62,162 bases of DNA from a virus (Duplodnaviria > Caudoviricetes). Of this stretch, positions 1 to 9,238 are shown in pieces. The position numbers and the translations under genes are program-made. Positions within the stretch are counted from its first letter, which is position 1. Every line of letters starts with the position of its first letter. The notes beneath the pieces were generated by a model, which made no database searches, was not told where the DNA came from, and saw nothing but the letters and a program-made list of their open reading frames with translations. The stretch lies in IMG/VR virus record IMGVR_UViG_3300031576_000512, positions 1 to 62,162 of that record; one strand, written 5' to 3'.

Positions 1-1
1 G

Positions 2-1015
2 CCGGGTGGACAAGATCCGAATGAGTATGTCTTCGATGCACAGCACGGCTGGCGGTCACGCTCGTGGTTGTCACAGCAACAGACTCGCGATCCGAATCCA
101 ATGACGGCTACTCAGCATCGAGAGTGGCATACGGCTACGTATCCACCACAACCTGATCAAGAGGGTGGAGGTGCGACGCCGTCGCCGACACCAGCGCCAG
201 AGCCGACACCAGCGCCAGAGCCGACACCAGCGCCGACACCAGCAGCTGCAGCGCCACAGCAGCCACGGATGCCAACCGTCATCCCACCGCACCTGTTGCG
301 CAACCCAAGATTCCGGCAGTTCATGCAGCAACACCAGGAGCAGCAGTTCATGAGCCAGACACCGGAGGGTCAGGCTTACCGGCAGTGGCAGGATCAGCGA
401 ACAGCGGCCCGACAGGCACCACAGCGGGCAGCACAAGAAGAGTTGCGTCTCAATCCTGAACTGGCTCGTCGACCAAACGAGCAAGGTGCAGCTGGCTTCC
501 AGGCATGGCAGGAGCGCCGACGTCAGCTTCGAGCTGGTGGTCTGCGCACAGCAGATCCAGCAACACAAACAGCTGCGACATCTGTTGCTAACCCGGCAGC
601 GCCGCCAACGACGACGCCGCCGTCGACCGGTGGAGCTACGCCACCAACCACAGGCGGTGCGACGCCGACACCGACGCCGCCACCGACGCCGCCACCGACC
701 ACGCCACCAGCGACTCCACCATCTGGCGGCAACCAAGGCAACTATGTTTGGATTGAAGGATATGGTTGGGGACCACCTGGAACGCCACCTGGAGGTCCGC
801 CTTCAGGCACAGGTGGGGCGACACCGCCAACGCCGCCAACGCCACCGACCACACCACCAACTCCACCAACTCCACCTGTGGTAAGTAACACAGGCAGTGG
901 CGGTGAGGGCACAGGTGGTGAAGGCACAGGCGGCGGTAACACGGGCGGTACGCCGGTGGTTGCAAGACCAACGCCGAACGCCGGACAAGGATCAAACCAG
1001 ACTCCATTCTCGTAA
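2..1015 (+). CDS. Pro/Thr/Gly/Gln-rich low-complexity protein, 5'-partial
   Basis: Frame open from position 2 to TAA at 1015; PTP/PTT repeats, YVFDAQHGW and YVWIEGYGW motifs. Confidence 0.75.
   Translation, partial: PGGQDPNEYVFDAQHGWRSRSWLSQQQTRDPNPMTATQHREWHTATYPPQPDQEGGGATPSPTPAPEPTPAPEPTPAPTPAAAAPQQPRMPTVIPPHLLRNPRFRQFMQQHQEQQFMSQTPEGQAYRQWQDQRTAARQAPQRAAQEELRLNPELARRPNEQGAAGFQAWQERRRQLRAGGLRTADPATQTAATSVANPAAPPTTTPPSTGGATPPTTGGATPTPTPPPTPPPTTPPATPPSGGNQGNYVWIEGYGWGPPGTPPGGPPSGTGGATPPTPPTPPTTPPTPPTPPVVSNTGSGGEGTGGEGTGGGNTGGTPVVARPTPNAGQGSNQTPFS
184..234 (+). repeat. 18-bp coding tandem repeat (PTPAPE)
   Basis: GCCGACACCAGCGCCAGA x2 plus a partial third copy. Confidence 0.85.
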
Positions 1016-1022
1016 TCGAATC

Positions 1023-1031
1023 TGGTATGAT
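1023..1031 (+). promoter_or_regulatory. Extended -10 element (TGnTATGAT)
   Basis: Intergenic TGGTATGAT upstream of ORF 1073; similar sites at 33421, 34221, 34613, 35170, 55107. Confidence 0.5.
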
Positions 1032-1045
1032 CAAAGTCATCTGAC

Positions 1046-1061
1046 GAGTAAAAAAATACTC
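1046..1061. promoter_or_regulatory. AGTA-N6-TACT palindrome, copy 1
   Basis: GAGTA-AAAAAA-TACTC just before SD GGAGGAG of ORF 1073. Confidence 0.65.
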
Positions 1062-1072
1062 CGGAGGAGATC

Positions 1073-2692
1073 ATGAAAGCAATCGACATCATTGGCCGTC
1101 TCGCTAAGACTGCCGCTGAAAAGCGAGCCCAAGGCTTCATGTATGGTGGCAACCCCTACGGTGGCTACGGCGGAGGCTACGGTGGTTACGGCATGGGTAT
1201 GAATCCGTACCTCGGCGGCATGGGCTACGGTCGCTTCGGCGGTGGCGGCTATGGTGGTGGCATGCCCATGATGGCTCAGAGCTTTGCCGGTCCAGGCGGC
1301 CGTGGCAGCTACTTCGGCATGGACCCACGCTTCGTCGACCCGCTGGTCCAGCACATGAACATGCAGAACGCGCTGCAGATGTACGGTGCTCCACGTGGTA
1401 TCGATGTCGGCTTGCAGGGAGCGCAGACTGGCGTTGAAAGTCAACGGCAGCAGAACCCAGCGCTTGAGTATGCACGCGCGACTGAAGGAGCTCTGACCGG
1501 GCATGCCATGCAAGATCCGACCTTCGTCGATCCACGTCAGACTCAACTCGCAGTTGAAGGCAACCGAGCAACTGCACAGTTGGAGCAACTTCGGACACGA
1601 CTTGCAGAAGCTCGGGCCACTGGTCGTGGCATCGAGCAGCGATACGCGCCTCAGCTAGCCGCACATCAAGCAGCAATCGCCGAGCTGCGTAGTGGCAGCG
1701 CTGGTCGAGGCAACCTCGAAGCGCGTGCTGCCGATAACGATCCGACTGCCATCCGGGCCATGCGTGATCTCATGGGCTGGACTGGCTCCGATGCAGAGAT
1801 TGCGAGACGAGCCGGCGCTGGCACGTTTCCTGGCTGGCAGATGCTTCGTCGCAACGTCGCTACGTATGGTGGTGAGGATGTCTCGCGAGCCATGTCTGCT
1901 CACCAGCAGATCGGAACCATCAATGAAGCGATGGCGCGCGAGCGGGCTGCAAACGAGGAGCTCGTCGCCGACCTCACTCGACAGCAGCAGGAGTTCGAGG
2001 GACAGCAAGTACAAGGACGGACGCAGTTGTCTGCCATCGAGCAGCGGCAGAACGACATTATGGCTGGGCGAGCTGGCGATGCTGCCACGCACTTGCGGAA
2101 TGCACGTGGCCAGGCAGGTTCTGTCACTGGGCAAGCAGGTCAAGCTGGTGTGAGTGCCCTTAACCCACAATCTCAGCCCGGTGCGATCCGTCCACCGGGA
2201 CCGCCTGCAGCTGCACCATTGCCGCCGGCACCGGCAACCGGGGCACCGACCCCAACACCACCGCCTCCGCAGCGGGTGCTACCGCCAGCACCAAGGCCAG
2301 TCGTAACTCCTCCGGCTGGCCCAACTGGTCCGTCCAAGCATGCGTCTATCCGTCGGCCGCTCAACATGCTTGAGTTGGCGGACGTCGCAGCCAGAGTTCA
2401 CCTTGAGAAGAGAGCTGCATTGCCAGGCTTCACACCAGGCGCCATGACCAACACCGGACTGGGCAGAAAGATCGTGGCGACGCCCGATCTGTTCGAGAAG
2501 ATGCGTAGGTCGGTGCTGCCATCGGTCGCCAAGACTGTGGCTCCACGGCCTGACATGACAAGTGTAATGCAGTCCTTGGGTCTGTCGGGCATGCCAACCT
2601 CACTCGCTCACTTGCCGGTTGAGTCAGCGGTTGGTATGGGTGTAACTGCCGAACAGCATGCAGCATTGCGAAAGGCCCTCGGCTTGGGTTAA
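1073..2692 (+). CDS. Low-complexity protein with K-x-A motifs (candidate virion-internal protein)
   Basis: SD GGAGGAG; G/Y/M-rich N-terminus, coiled coil, Pro-rich linker; AKTAAEKRA, SKHAS, LEKRAA. Confidence 0.8.
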   Translation: MKAIDIIGRLAKTAAEKRAQGFMYGGNPYGGYGGGYGGYGMGMNPYLGGMGYGRFGGGGYGGGMPMMAQSFAGPGGRGSYFGMDPRFVDPLVQHMNMQNALQMYGAPRGIDVGLQGAQTGVESQRQQNPALEYARATEGALTGHAMQDPTFVDPRQTQLAVEGNRATAQLEQLRTRLAEARATGRGIEQRYAPQLAAHQAAIAELRSGSAGRGNLEARAADNDPTAIRAMRDLMGWTGSDAEIARRAGAGTFPGWQMLRRNVATYGGEDVSRAMSAHQQIGTINEAMARERAANEELVADLTRQQQEFEGQQVQGRTQLSAIEQRQNDIMAGRAGDAATHLRNARGQAGSVTGQAGQAGVSALNPQSQPGAIRPPGPPAAAPLPPAPATGAPTPTPPPPQRVLPPAPRPVVTPPAGPTGPSKHASIRRPLNMLELADVAARVHLEKRAALPGFTPGAMTNTGLGRKIVATPDLFEKMRRSVLPSVAKTVAPRPDMTSVMQSLGLSGMPTSLAHLPVESAVGMGVTAEQHAALRKALGLG

Positions 2693-2732
2693 TGTCCGGA
2701 TACGCTGCACCTTCGCCCTGAACGGAGGTGTG

Positions 2733-2924
2733 ATGAACCGCAAGTTCAGGTGTTCCAAGACCAACAAACTTTGTCACAAGGAGTTCTACAACGCGATTCG
2801 ACATCTCAAGCGGCAGACCCGCAAGAACCTGGAAGGTGTCGATCAGATGAGGTGTTTCAAGTGTAGGCATTGCGGCTACTGGCACATCGGTCATTGTCGG
2901 CCGGTGGTTGCACAGACCATCTAA
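2733..2924 (+). CDS. Small Zn-finger phage protein
   Basis: SD GGAGGTG; C..K..(..)FKCRHCGYWH motif. Confidence 0.7.
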   Translation: MNRKFRCSKTNKLCHKEFYNAIRHLKRQTRKNLEGVDQMRCFKCRHCGYWHIGHCRPVVAQTI

Positions 2925-2965
2925 GAGAAGTAGAGTGCAAGTCGTCACTTGAAAGGAGCATGCAC

Positions 2966-3097
2966 ATGACCAACGAAGAACTCATCGCTCACCTGCAGCA
3001 GGTTCAGGCAAAGATTCAGCAACAAAAGGAGGCCGAGCAAGAGATCGCAGCCTGGCTATGTGAGCTTCGTGAAGCAATCGATCATACTGGTTGTTGA
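2966..3097 (+). CDS. Small hypothetical protein
   Basis: SD AAAGGAG; short helical ORF MTNEELIAHL. Confidence 0.55.
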   Translation: MTNEELIAHLQQVQAKIQQQKEAEQEIAAWLCELREAIDHTGC

Positions 3098-3107
3098 GAC
3101 CCATGAA

Positions 3108-3179
3108 GCCGGTGTGGCTGAGCGGCTAAGTTCCGGTTTTGTAAACCGGCCCAGGTCGGTTCGACTCCGACCGCCGGCT
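3108..3179 (+). tRNA. tRNA-Thr(TGT)
   Basis: Acceptor GCCGGTG/CGCCGGC, anticodon arm CCGGT-TTTGTAA-ACCGG, T arm GTCGG-TTCGACT-CCGAC; no encoded CCA. Confidence 0.9.
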
Positions 3180-3193
3180 CTACGAGGTAAGTC

Positions 3194-5326
3194 ATGAAGA
3201 AGCGAGCTCTTGCTGAAGAACTGGCCGGCGGATGGGAAGGGCTGAGGCAGCATCCCATCGCCGGCACTGCATTGGGCATCGGCTCGTTCTTCCCTGTCGC
3301 CGGCAGTGCTATCTCTGCCGGTGACATGATGCAGAACCTCTATCGTGGCAACATGGCCAGCGCTGGCCTCAACGCTGTCGGTGTAGCAGCGGGTATGCTC
3401 CCCGGTGGTAAGGTGCTGACCAATCTGGCATCCAAGGGTCGACTTGGACAGGCAGCAGCCAAAGCGGCTCCCTACCTCGCACCCATTCCCGGCAAGATGC
3501 CGACCATCCCTCAGTTCTTCAGCGCTCCACTTGCTTCAGCAGCCGCAAGCATGGCCGATCAGTCCTTGCAGGCAGAACGGCCGACCTACCAGAAACAAAT
3601 GAGAGAACAGGAGAGGATGATGAGAGACTTCAACGAATGGCGGCAACACAAGGCCACTCTTCAGGCCCTCGGTCAGCAGCCTCAAGTCAAGGAGGGGCAG
3701 GCACCAACTACAGCCGATATGGCCGGAAGATTGTGGGACATCACTCGTGGTGCGAGCCCGTACCTGGCTGCTGGGATCGCCGGCGGACATATGCTGCCGT
3801 CTTACTACAAGGATGACATGCCGGGCGTGATGCGTGGTGCCTTGACCGGCGGCGGGGCCTTCGGAGGCACCGTCGGCGGTTTCATGGGTGGCGGTCTTGG
3901 TGGTGCATCACTTGGCCGTCTGCTTGCTATGAGATACGGACTCAACCCCTCAAATGCAGCGCTGGTCGGCGGCGGCATCGGTGGCGTGCTTGGCGGCATT
4001 GGCGGTCATGCAGCTGGTCGACATGCTGTCGGTGCGCTCATGGGTAATGAGGAAGAAAACCCACGGCAGTTGAAGTTCGGCAGCGACAAGTCAGCAGCCC
4101 AAGTTGAATTGACCCCCGAAGAGTATGCACAGATCATCGAAAACCAGAAGCCTAGCCTTACTTATGGCGCTGGAATGGGTGGCATGCTTGGCGCCGCTGT
4201 GGGAGGAGATCTGGCAAACCGAGCAAGGCAGCCGACGAGAAACATTGCCGCTAGCATGCTTGGTGGTGGACTTGCTGGTGCTGGAGTTGGCCTTGGCATT
4301 CAAGGTCTGCGTCGTCTGTTATGGCGCAATCGAGGCGGGAATCCCATCCAAATAAAGTTCGGCAGCAACAAGTCAGCCGACTTTGGTCAAGCGTGGGACC
4401 AGGAAGTTGCGTCTCCATTCCGCAGGGGCATGACTGCAGTCAGCGACGTAGCACGAAACAAGATCGTCGATCCTATTGCTGGCCACTTGTCACCATCTGC
4501 AGCAGTTATGGGTCGTCATGGTTTCCCGTTGGCTCGCATCAAGCCAAGTCTTGGTGTTCGAGCTGCGCACGGTTTGGGACAGGCATCAAGATGGATGGGG
4601 AAGAACCCGGTTGCAAGCGGCAGCATGGCTACGGCTGCTGTTGCTATCCCTAGCCTGCTGGCCTTGCGTGCAATAACAGGTGGCAGTTCACAGCCACAAG
4701 CTGAAGCAGGGCCATCGGGCCCGAACGGCTACGAGGAGGAAGAGGAGAAGCAGGCGGCCAAGAACCCACAGCAGCGGGCGAAAGGTGCCATCAAACGAGA
4801 GATGAGTCAAGCCCAGCAAGCTGGTTACAGTGCTTTTGACCCACGAGCAAGGCAGAAAGCCCTCGATGCCGGTCGTAGCCGTCGTCGTGGCGCCGCACCA
4901 GTCGAACCACCTGCTGCGGCTGCGCCATTGATCGAACCATCACTTGCCGCAGCGGCTTCGCCGCCTCCGCCGACTGCAGCACCGGCTTTGCCTCCACCGA
5001 AGCCCATGCCCGACTTGTTCATCCCAACACTCACAGAAAACGTCTTCGAGCGGCAGCGCAAGTCGCTGGGCCTGGGTGCTGACGCTGCTGCCGCTGCAAT
5101 GAGGCCACCAACAGGTCTGGAAGCGCCACCTCCTCTCAGTGCGTGGGGAAGGGTTAGAGCTCATCCAATGGTCAACCGCATCGGCTCCTTCGCTGCATCG
5201 CCAAGAGGTCAAGCTGCCATCCTCGGCACTCTTGCTCTCGGTGGTGCAGGTGCATACTGGGCAGGCAGACGCAATCGCAAGAAAGAAGACACACAAGCCG
5301 AGCAAGAAATGGCTCAGGCTGGTTAA
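3194..5326 (+). CDS. Modular glycine-zipper/hydrophobic protein segmented by K-x-[AG] motifs
   Basis: SD GAGG; repeated GxxxG hydrophobic segments; KKRA, VKEG, KFGSDKSAA, KFGSNKSAD, EKQAA. Confidence 0.85.
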   Translation: MKKRALAEELAGGWEGLRQHPIAGTALGIGSFFPVAGSAISAGDMMQNLYRGNMASAGLNAVGVAAGMLPGGKVLTNLASKGRLGQAAAKAAPYLAPIPGKMPTIPQFFSAPLASAAASMADQSLQAERPTYQKQMREQERMMRDFNEWRQHKATLQALGQQPQVKEGQAPTTADMAGRLWDITRGASPYLAAGIAGGHMLPSYYKDDMPGVMRGALTGGGAFGGTVGGFMGGGLGGASLGRLLAMRYGLNPSNAALVGGGIGGVLGGIGGHAAGRHAVGALMGNEEENPRQLKFGSDKSAAQVELTPEEYAQIIENQKPSLTYGAGMGGMLGAAVGGDLANRARQPTRNIAASMLGGGLAGAGVGLGIQGLRRLLWRNRGGNPIQIKFGSNKSADFGQAWDQEVASPFRRGMTAVSDVARNKIVDPIAGHLSPSAAVMGRHGFPLARIKPSLGVRAAHGLGQASRWMGKNPVASGSMATAAVAIPSLLALRAITGGSSQPQAEAGPSGPNGYEEEEEKQAAKNPQQRAKGAIKREMSQAQQAGYSAFDPRARQKALDAGRSRRRGAAPVEPPAAAAPLIEPSLAAAASPPPPTAAPALPPPKPMPDLFIPTLTENVFERQRKSLGLGADAAAAAMRPPTGLEAPPPLSAWGRVRAHPMVNRIGSFAASPRGQAAILGTLALGGAGAYWAGRRNRKKEDTQAEQEMAQAG
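4073..4377 (+). repeat. 23-bp direct repeat encoding the KFGS[D/N]KSA linker (4073-4095 and 4355-4377)
   Basis: AAGTTCGGCAGC[G/A]ACAAGTCAGC, one mismatch. Confidence 0.85.
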
Positions 5327-5328
5327 GC

Positions 5329-5588
5329 AACGGCAGGTAAGAGGTCTCGCTTGTGGCGACCCTGGTAGCTCACAAGAGCAACTTTTGGCCAGGGGGCATC
5401 GGTGGGGCCTGGTCGACGAAAGTCGACTGGACGTTGGCCTGGTAAGGGTCACAGAACCTCGTCCCGGGTGTCATCGTGCCGCCGTCCCTACAGAACCAGG
5501 CTGGTCCTGCGGCAACGATCGAGGCCGAACCCCAAGGCGCGACTGGAGCAATCCTAACCGGCAGGGGTGTGACACTCAGCTTGCTGTT
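5329..5588 (+). ncRNA. Candidate structured RNA, about 260 nt
   Basis: Ends pair (AACGGCAGG/CTTGCTGTT); internal stems including GTCGAC-GAAA-GTCGAC. Confidence 0.45.
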
Positions 5589-5601
5589 TTGGAGGAGAGA
5601 C

Positions 5602-6114
5602 ATGACCAAGATGATCTTGTGCTGCTTGATGAGTACATTTTTACTCACCGCTCAAGTCATCGCCGAAGTCAAGATCCTGGTCAAGCATCGCGTGGCGAAC
5701 CAATCGCCTGGATACTGTGTGTGGTGCTCGCTTGATACGTGGGGCAATCACACCAAGAACAAACAGCTCATCGGATTGACAGCATATTATGTTGAACATG
5801 ACAGACGAGCCATCAGCGGCAGGCCAGAGACAATCAATCGACAGCTCAGCATCCTTGGTGTGAAGTACGAGCATCGGCTGCCTGGAAAGAAAGACTTCGA
5901 CTTCGTGAAGCAGCACGTCCAGGCCGGTCGTGCTGTTATGGCAGACGTGAGGGATTATCCACGAGTCGGCGATCTCCATGCCATCCTCATCGTCGATGCT
6001 ACGGACGAGAGTGTCCGGTTCATCGACAGTAACGACATTGAGTGGGATTGGTTGTACAAGACGACAACCTTCAAGCAGCAATGGACAGGGTGGGCAGTGG
6101 TGATCCTCGACTAG
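5602..6114 (+). CDS. Secreted papain-fold (C39-like) cysteine peptidase
   Basis: SD GGAGGAG; signal-peptide-like N-terminus; NQSPGYCVWCS, HAILIV, FIDSN. Confidence 0.75.
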   Translation: MTKMILCCLMSTFLLTAQVIAEVKILVKHRVANQSPGYCVWCSLDTWGNHTKNKQLIGLTAYYVEHDRRAISGRPETINRQLSILGVKYEHRLPGKKDFDFVKQHVQAGRAVMADVRDYPRVGDLHAILIVDATDESVRFIDSNDIEWDWLYKTTTFKQQWTGWAVVILD

Positions 6115-6140
6115 CCTCAGCCAAAGGAGGTGGCCGTGCG

Positions 6141-6599
6141 ATGCGCTACCAACAAGTTGGCTGGTCCTGCGGCGCCGCTGCAGTTGTCAATACGCTGAGG
6201 GCGTTCGGCAGGAGAGTGGCTGAGAGCTGTGTGCGAACGCACGCTGGCACCAACAAAACAGGTACAGAAAATACTGGCATCCTGGCATCTTTGAGGGCAT
6301 TCGGCCTTGCTGGTGTTGAATACAACGGTACATCGAAGAATCACGCATGGCGTTGGCTGCAAGGAGCATTGCTGCAAGGGTCAGTCGTCATCCTCAGTGT
6401 TGACAGATGGACGCACTGGGTCACTTGCATTGGCTTGGTCGGCGACCGTGTAATCCTGATTGACTCGACCAACGCTATTGCCAACAAGCGGGAGAATGGC
6501 ATCCACGTTATCCCCAAGGAGAAACTGATCCGCCGATGGCACCATGCCAAGCAATCGGATGAGTATTCGCTCTACGCGATCTGCGCCAGTAAGGGTTGA
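6141..6599 (+). CDS. C39-family cysteine peptidase
   Basis: SD AAGGAGG; QQVGWSCGAAA, HWVTCIG, LIDS. Confidence 0.85.
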   Translation: MRYQQVGWSCGAAAVVNTLRAFGRRVAESCVRTHAGTNKTGTENTGILASLRAFGLAGVEYNGTSKNHAWRWLQGALLQGSVVILSVDRWTHWVTCIGLVGDRVILIDSTNAIANKRENGIHVIPKEKLIRRWHHAKQSDEYSLYAICASKG

Positions 6600-6630
6600 A
6601 GTAGGGTATCATCTACGGGAGGGATAAAAC

Positions 6631-6921
6631 ATGGTCAAACGCAAACTGATCACTCGCCTGGCGTGGACGCAAAAAGGTGTCAGCAAGTTCGAGTCCCTCA
6701 TCAACGAGCACATGTTGAGAGGATGGGAACCAGTCGTCATCGAGATCGACAAGAAGGGCTTCCGGATCATCTGCTTCGCCTTGCTGGCGATGCCAACGCA
6801 ATGCGACTGTGAATGCAGTTGTTGTACTGGAGAAGCACAGCACGATGAAGACTGCAAGTGTGCCTGTGATTGCTGCTTGATGCACTCGAATCAGTGCGTC
6901 AAGGAGCCCAAGGAGGATTGA
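6631..6921 (+). CDS. Hypothetical protein with metallothionein-like Cys-rich tail
   Basis: SD GGAGG; CDCECSCC...CKCACDCC. Confidence 0.7.
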   Translation: MVKRKLITRLAWTQKGVSKFESLINEHMLRGWEPVVIEIDKKGFRIICFALLAMPTQCDCECSCCTGEAQHDEDCKCACDCCLMHSNQCVKEPKED

Positions 6922-6923
6922 AA

Positions 6924-9131
6924 ATGAACATGGATGTTCTGGCCGATGCTCTCGCACGTCACACCTTACAGAAGCAAGGTATCGGGCCGGCCGCTCTGAT
7001 TCCACTGGCTGCAAAGGCTGGCGGTGGTCTGCTTGCTGCTGGTAAGGCTACTCTACCTTGGCTTGGCATGGGTGGCGCCATGGCGGCCGGCGACATCGGT
7101 ATCCGTAAGATGCTAGAGCCAGGCCAGCAAGATCCACAAGGCCCACAAGGTCCAGGCGGTACTGGCGCCGGCATGGATCAACCTGCTGCGGGGCCGTGCG
7201 GCCCAGGACATGGTTCGACCAGCGGAATGCTGGGTGGTCCCAAGGGCGGTCCGCCTGACTTTGGCAACGCTCATAGTCGTGATCGTGCCGATCCTGATAT
7301 TGGTCAGGATGATTCACAGCGTCATCCAATAGCCGGCTTCAAGCTGGCCGAGGCTGCTGCTCTTCTCACGTTCCGCAAGCGAGCTCAAGGTCCAAATCCA
7401 GATCCTTACCCATATGGACATGCCTTTCGCAGTGCTGCCGAGGACATCCCCGGGCTCATCAACACGCCACTCAATGCTCTTGCTTACGGTGGACTCGGTG
7501 CCCTCAGCGGCCTAGCGCTCGGTCGTTCTCCCGGTCATGGTGCTATGATTGGTGCTGGCATGGGTGCAGGTGCAGGACTTGGTGCCACACTGGGTGGAAC
7601 AGCTGGTTATGCGTTATCTCCACTTGCTGCAGTCATAGCACAGCGTTACGGCATGGACCCACGGAAGGCAATTGGCATGTCAACACGACTTGGTCTGGTT
7701 GGCGGCGGCCTCACTGGTGCGTATCTTGGCGGCAGAGCTGGTTACCGTGCTGGTAAAGCCAAGCCAAGTGAAAAACCAGAGGAGAAGCAGTCATTTGCCA
7801 AGGCAGCCATCTACGGCATTGCCGACGTTGGCGATCCAGGCTTCGCAGGGCTCCAGGAAGGCGTCTGGCATGGTCGAGATGCCCTGCAGTCCCTACGTGG
7901 CGGTCAAGTCGGCCAGGCGGGCCGACAGGGCCTCCAAGCAGCCAGGCACACGGCATCTGGCCTCGGGGAAGCTGGCGTTGCTGGCGCTCGTCGTGCCGGT
8001 GGAGCCATCGGCTCAGGTGTCCAGCGAGCTGGTGGTGCTATCGGTGGAGGTATTCAGCGGGCTGGTCGTGCCATGTCTGGCCGTCCCGGCTTGACGGCTG
8101 CTCTTGCAGCAGGCGTGCCTTTGGCTCTCGGTGCTGGCTATGCAGCTCTCGGTGGCGGCAGCAAGCCAACAGAAGGTCCGCAAGGCAAGCACGACGATGA
8201 GAAGCAGAGTCATGTCAAAGGTGCAGCAGCCATCATGAGCAACAACTTGCTGGATGTCCTGGCCTTCAACGTAGAGATGACCGATCGGAAGTTTGCCAAG
8301 CGCGCCCAGGGGCCAATGGCGCCACCGGCGACGCCAGCACCACAACCTGGACAAGCTGGCTTCAGACCGCCACCACCGCAACTGCCGTCTCAATTGCCTA
8401 GCATGGCGGGCATTCAGGCTTCGAGATCGCAACAGCCGGCAGCGCCGGCATCTTCGGCACCGTTTTACATGGCAGCGCCTGCTGCAGCACCGCCACGAAC
8501 TTCACCACCGGCAGCGCCGGCATCTTCGGCACCGCCGGCGCCAAGTCAACCAGGTGGATTCACTCTCGGCGGCGGTAGTAGGCCGTCAGCACCGGCACCA
8601 TCAGCGCCGCAAACAAGGCCAGCAGGTGGATCTATTGGCGGCAGAGGCAAACATGACAAGTCCGCTTCGAGCAACCTGCTGAACGTTTTGGCCAGCAACA
8701 TGAAGAAGGCCGAACGGAGGGCCGGCCTCGTCCCTTTTGCTAAGTTTGCCGTGAATGGCACGGCAGGTGGATTCAATCCAGAGGCTCAGTTGGTTCATCG
8801 TATTGAGCATCCGGCTGGTTCTTTGGGTGCTCAATTGTTCGGTGCCTCTCGTGGCGGTAGCCCTACATCTGGCGGGCCACCAGGGGCTGCTCGTCCGGGG
8901 CCCGGACCTACGACCCCTCTTCCGGCGCCGGAACCGGCCAGTGGACTGCCTGGAACTGCCAGGCCCGGCTTAGCAGCGCCCAGCGCGCCTCCGGGAACCG
9001 CCAGACCCGGCCCGACACCGCCCCCAGCGCCACCACCCACTGCACAGCCAGAGGAAAGACCAGCCATCAAGCCGACAGGCGGCTTCACCATCGGTGGTGG
9101 ACCAAAGAAGTTGATTGATATGGGTGTGTAA
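6924..9131 (+). CDS. Modular glycine-zipper/Pro-rich protein segmented by K-x-[AGS] motifs
   Basis: SD AAGGAGG; QKQG, FKLA, RKRAQGP, EKQS, AKAA, VKGAA, KFAKRAQGP, DKSAS, AKFA. Confidence 0.85.
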   Translation: MNMDVLADALARHTLQKQGIGPAALIPLAAKAGGGLLAAGKATLPWLGMGGAMAAGDIGIRKMLEPGQQDPQGPQGPGGTGAGMDQPAAGPCGPGHGSTSGMLGGPKGGPPDFGNAHSRDRADPDIGQDDSQRHPIAGFKLAEAAALLTFRKRAQGPNPDPYPYGHAFRSAAEDIPGLINTPLNALAYGGLGALSGLALGRSPGHGAMIGAGMGAGAGLGATLGGTAGYALSPLAAVIAQRYGMDPRKAIGMSTRLGLVGGGLTGAYLGGRAGYRAGKAKPSEKPEEKQSFAKAAIYGIADVGDPGFAGLQEGVWHGRDALQSLRGGQVGQAGRQGLQAARHTASGLGEAGVAGARRAGGAIGSGVQRAGGAIGGGIQRAGRAMSGRPGLTAALAAGVPLALGAGYAALGGGSKPTEGPQGKHDDEKQSHVKGAAAIMSNNLLDVLAFNVEMTDRKFAKRAQGPMAPPATPAPQPGQAGFRPPPPQLPSQLPSMAGIQASRSQQPAAPASSAPFYMAAPAAAPPRTSPPAAPASSAPPAPSQPGGFTLGGGSRPSAPAPSAPQTRPAGGSIGGRGKHDKSASSNLLNVLASNMKKAERRAGLVPFAKFAVNGTAGGFNPEAQLVHRIEHPAGSLGAQLFGASRGGSPTSGGPPGAARPGPGPTTPLPAPEPASGLPGTARPGLAAPSAPPGTARPGPTPPPAPPPTAQPEERPAIKPTGGFTIGGGPKKLIDMGV

Positions 9132-9154
9132 CGTAGAACATCTTCTTTACGGGT

Positions 9155-9176
9155 AGGTCGCCACAGGCGACCTTTT
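9155..9176 (+). terminator. Intrinsic terminator
   Basis: AGGTCGCC-ACA-GGCGACCT followed by TTT. Confidence 0.6.
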
Positions 9177-9206
9177 CCTGTTTGCACTTGCAAATAGGCG
9201 CGAATC

Positions 9207-9222
9207 CAGTAAAGATTTACTC
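9207..9222. promoter_or_regulatory. AGTA-N6-TACT palindrome upstream of spoVG
   Basis: CAGTA-AAGATT-TACTC. Confidence 0.55.
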
Positions 9223-9238
9223 CAGTGAGGAGACAACC

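Noticed and set aside
5329-5588. RNase P RNA
   Set aside because: Lacks GAGGAAAGTCC and the conserved segments are out of order; kept only as an unclassified RNA candidate
5476-5601. N-terminal extension of ORF 5476-6114
   Set aside because: Strong SD and signal peptide begin at ATG 5602; the upstream part lies in the structured element
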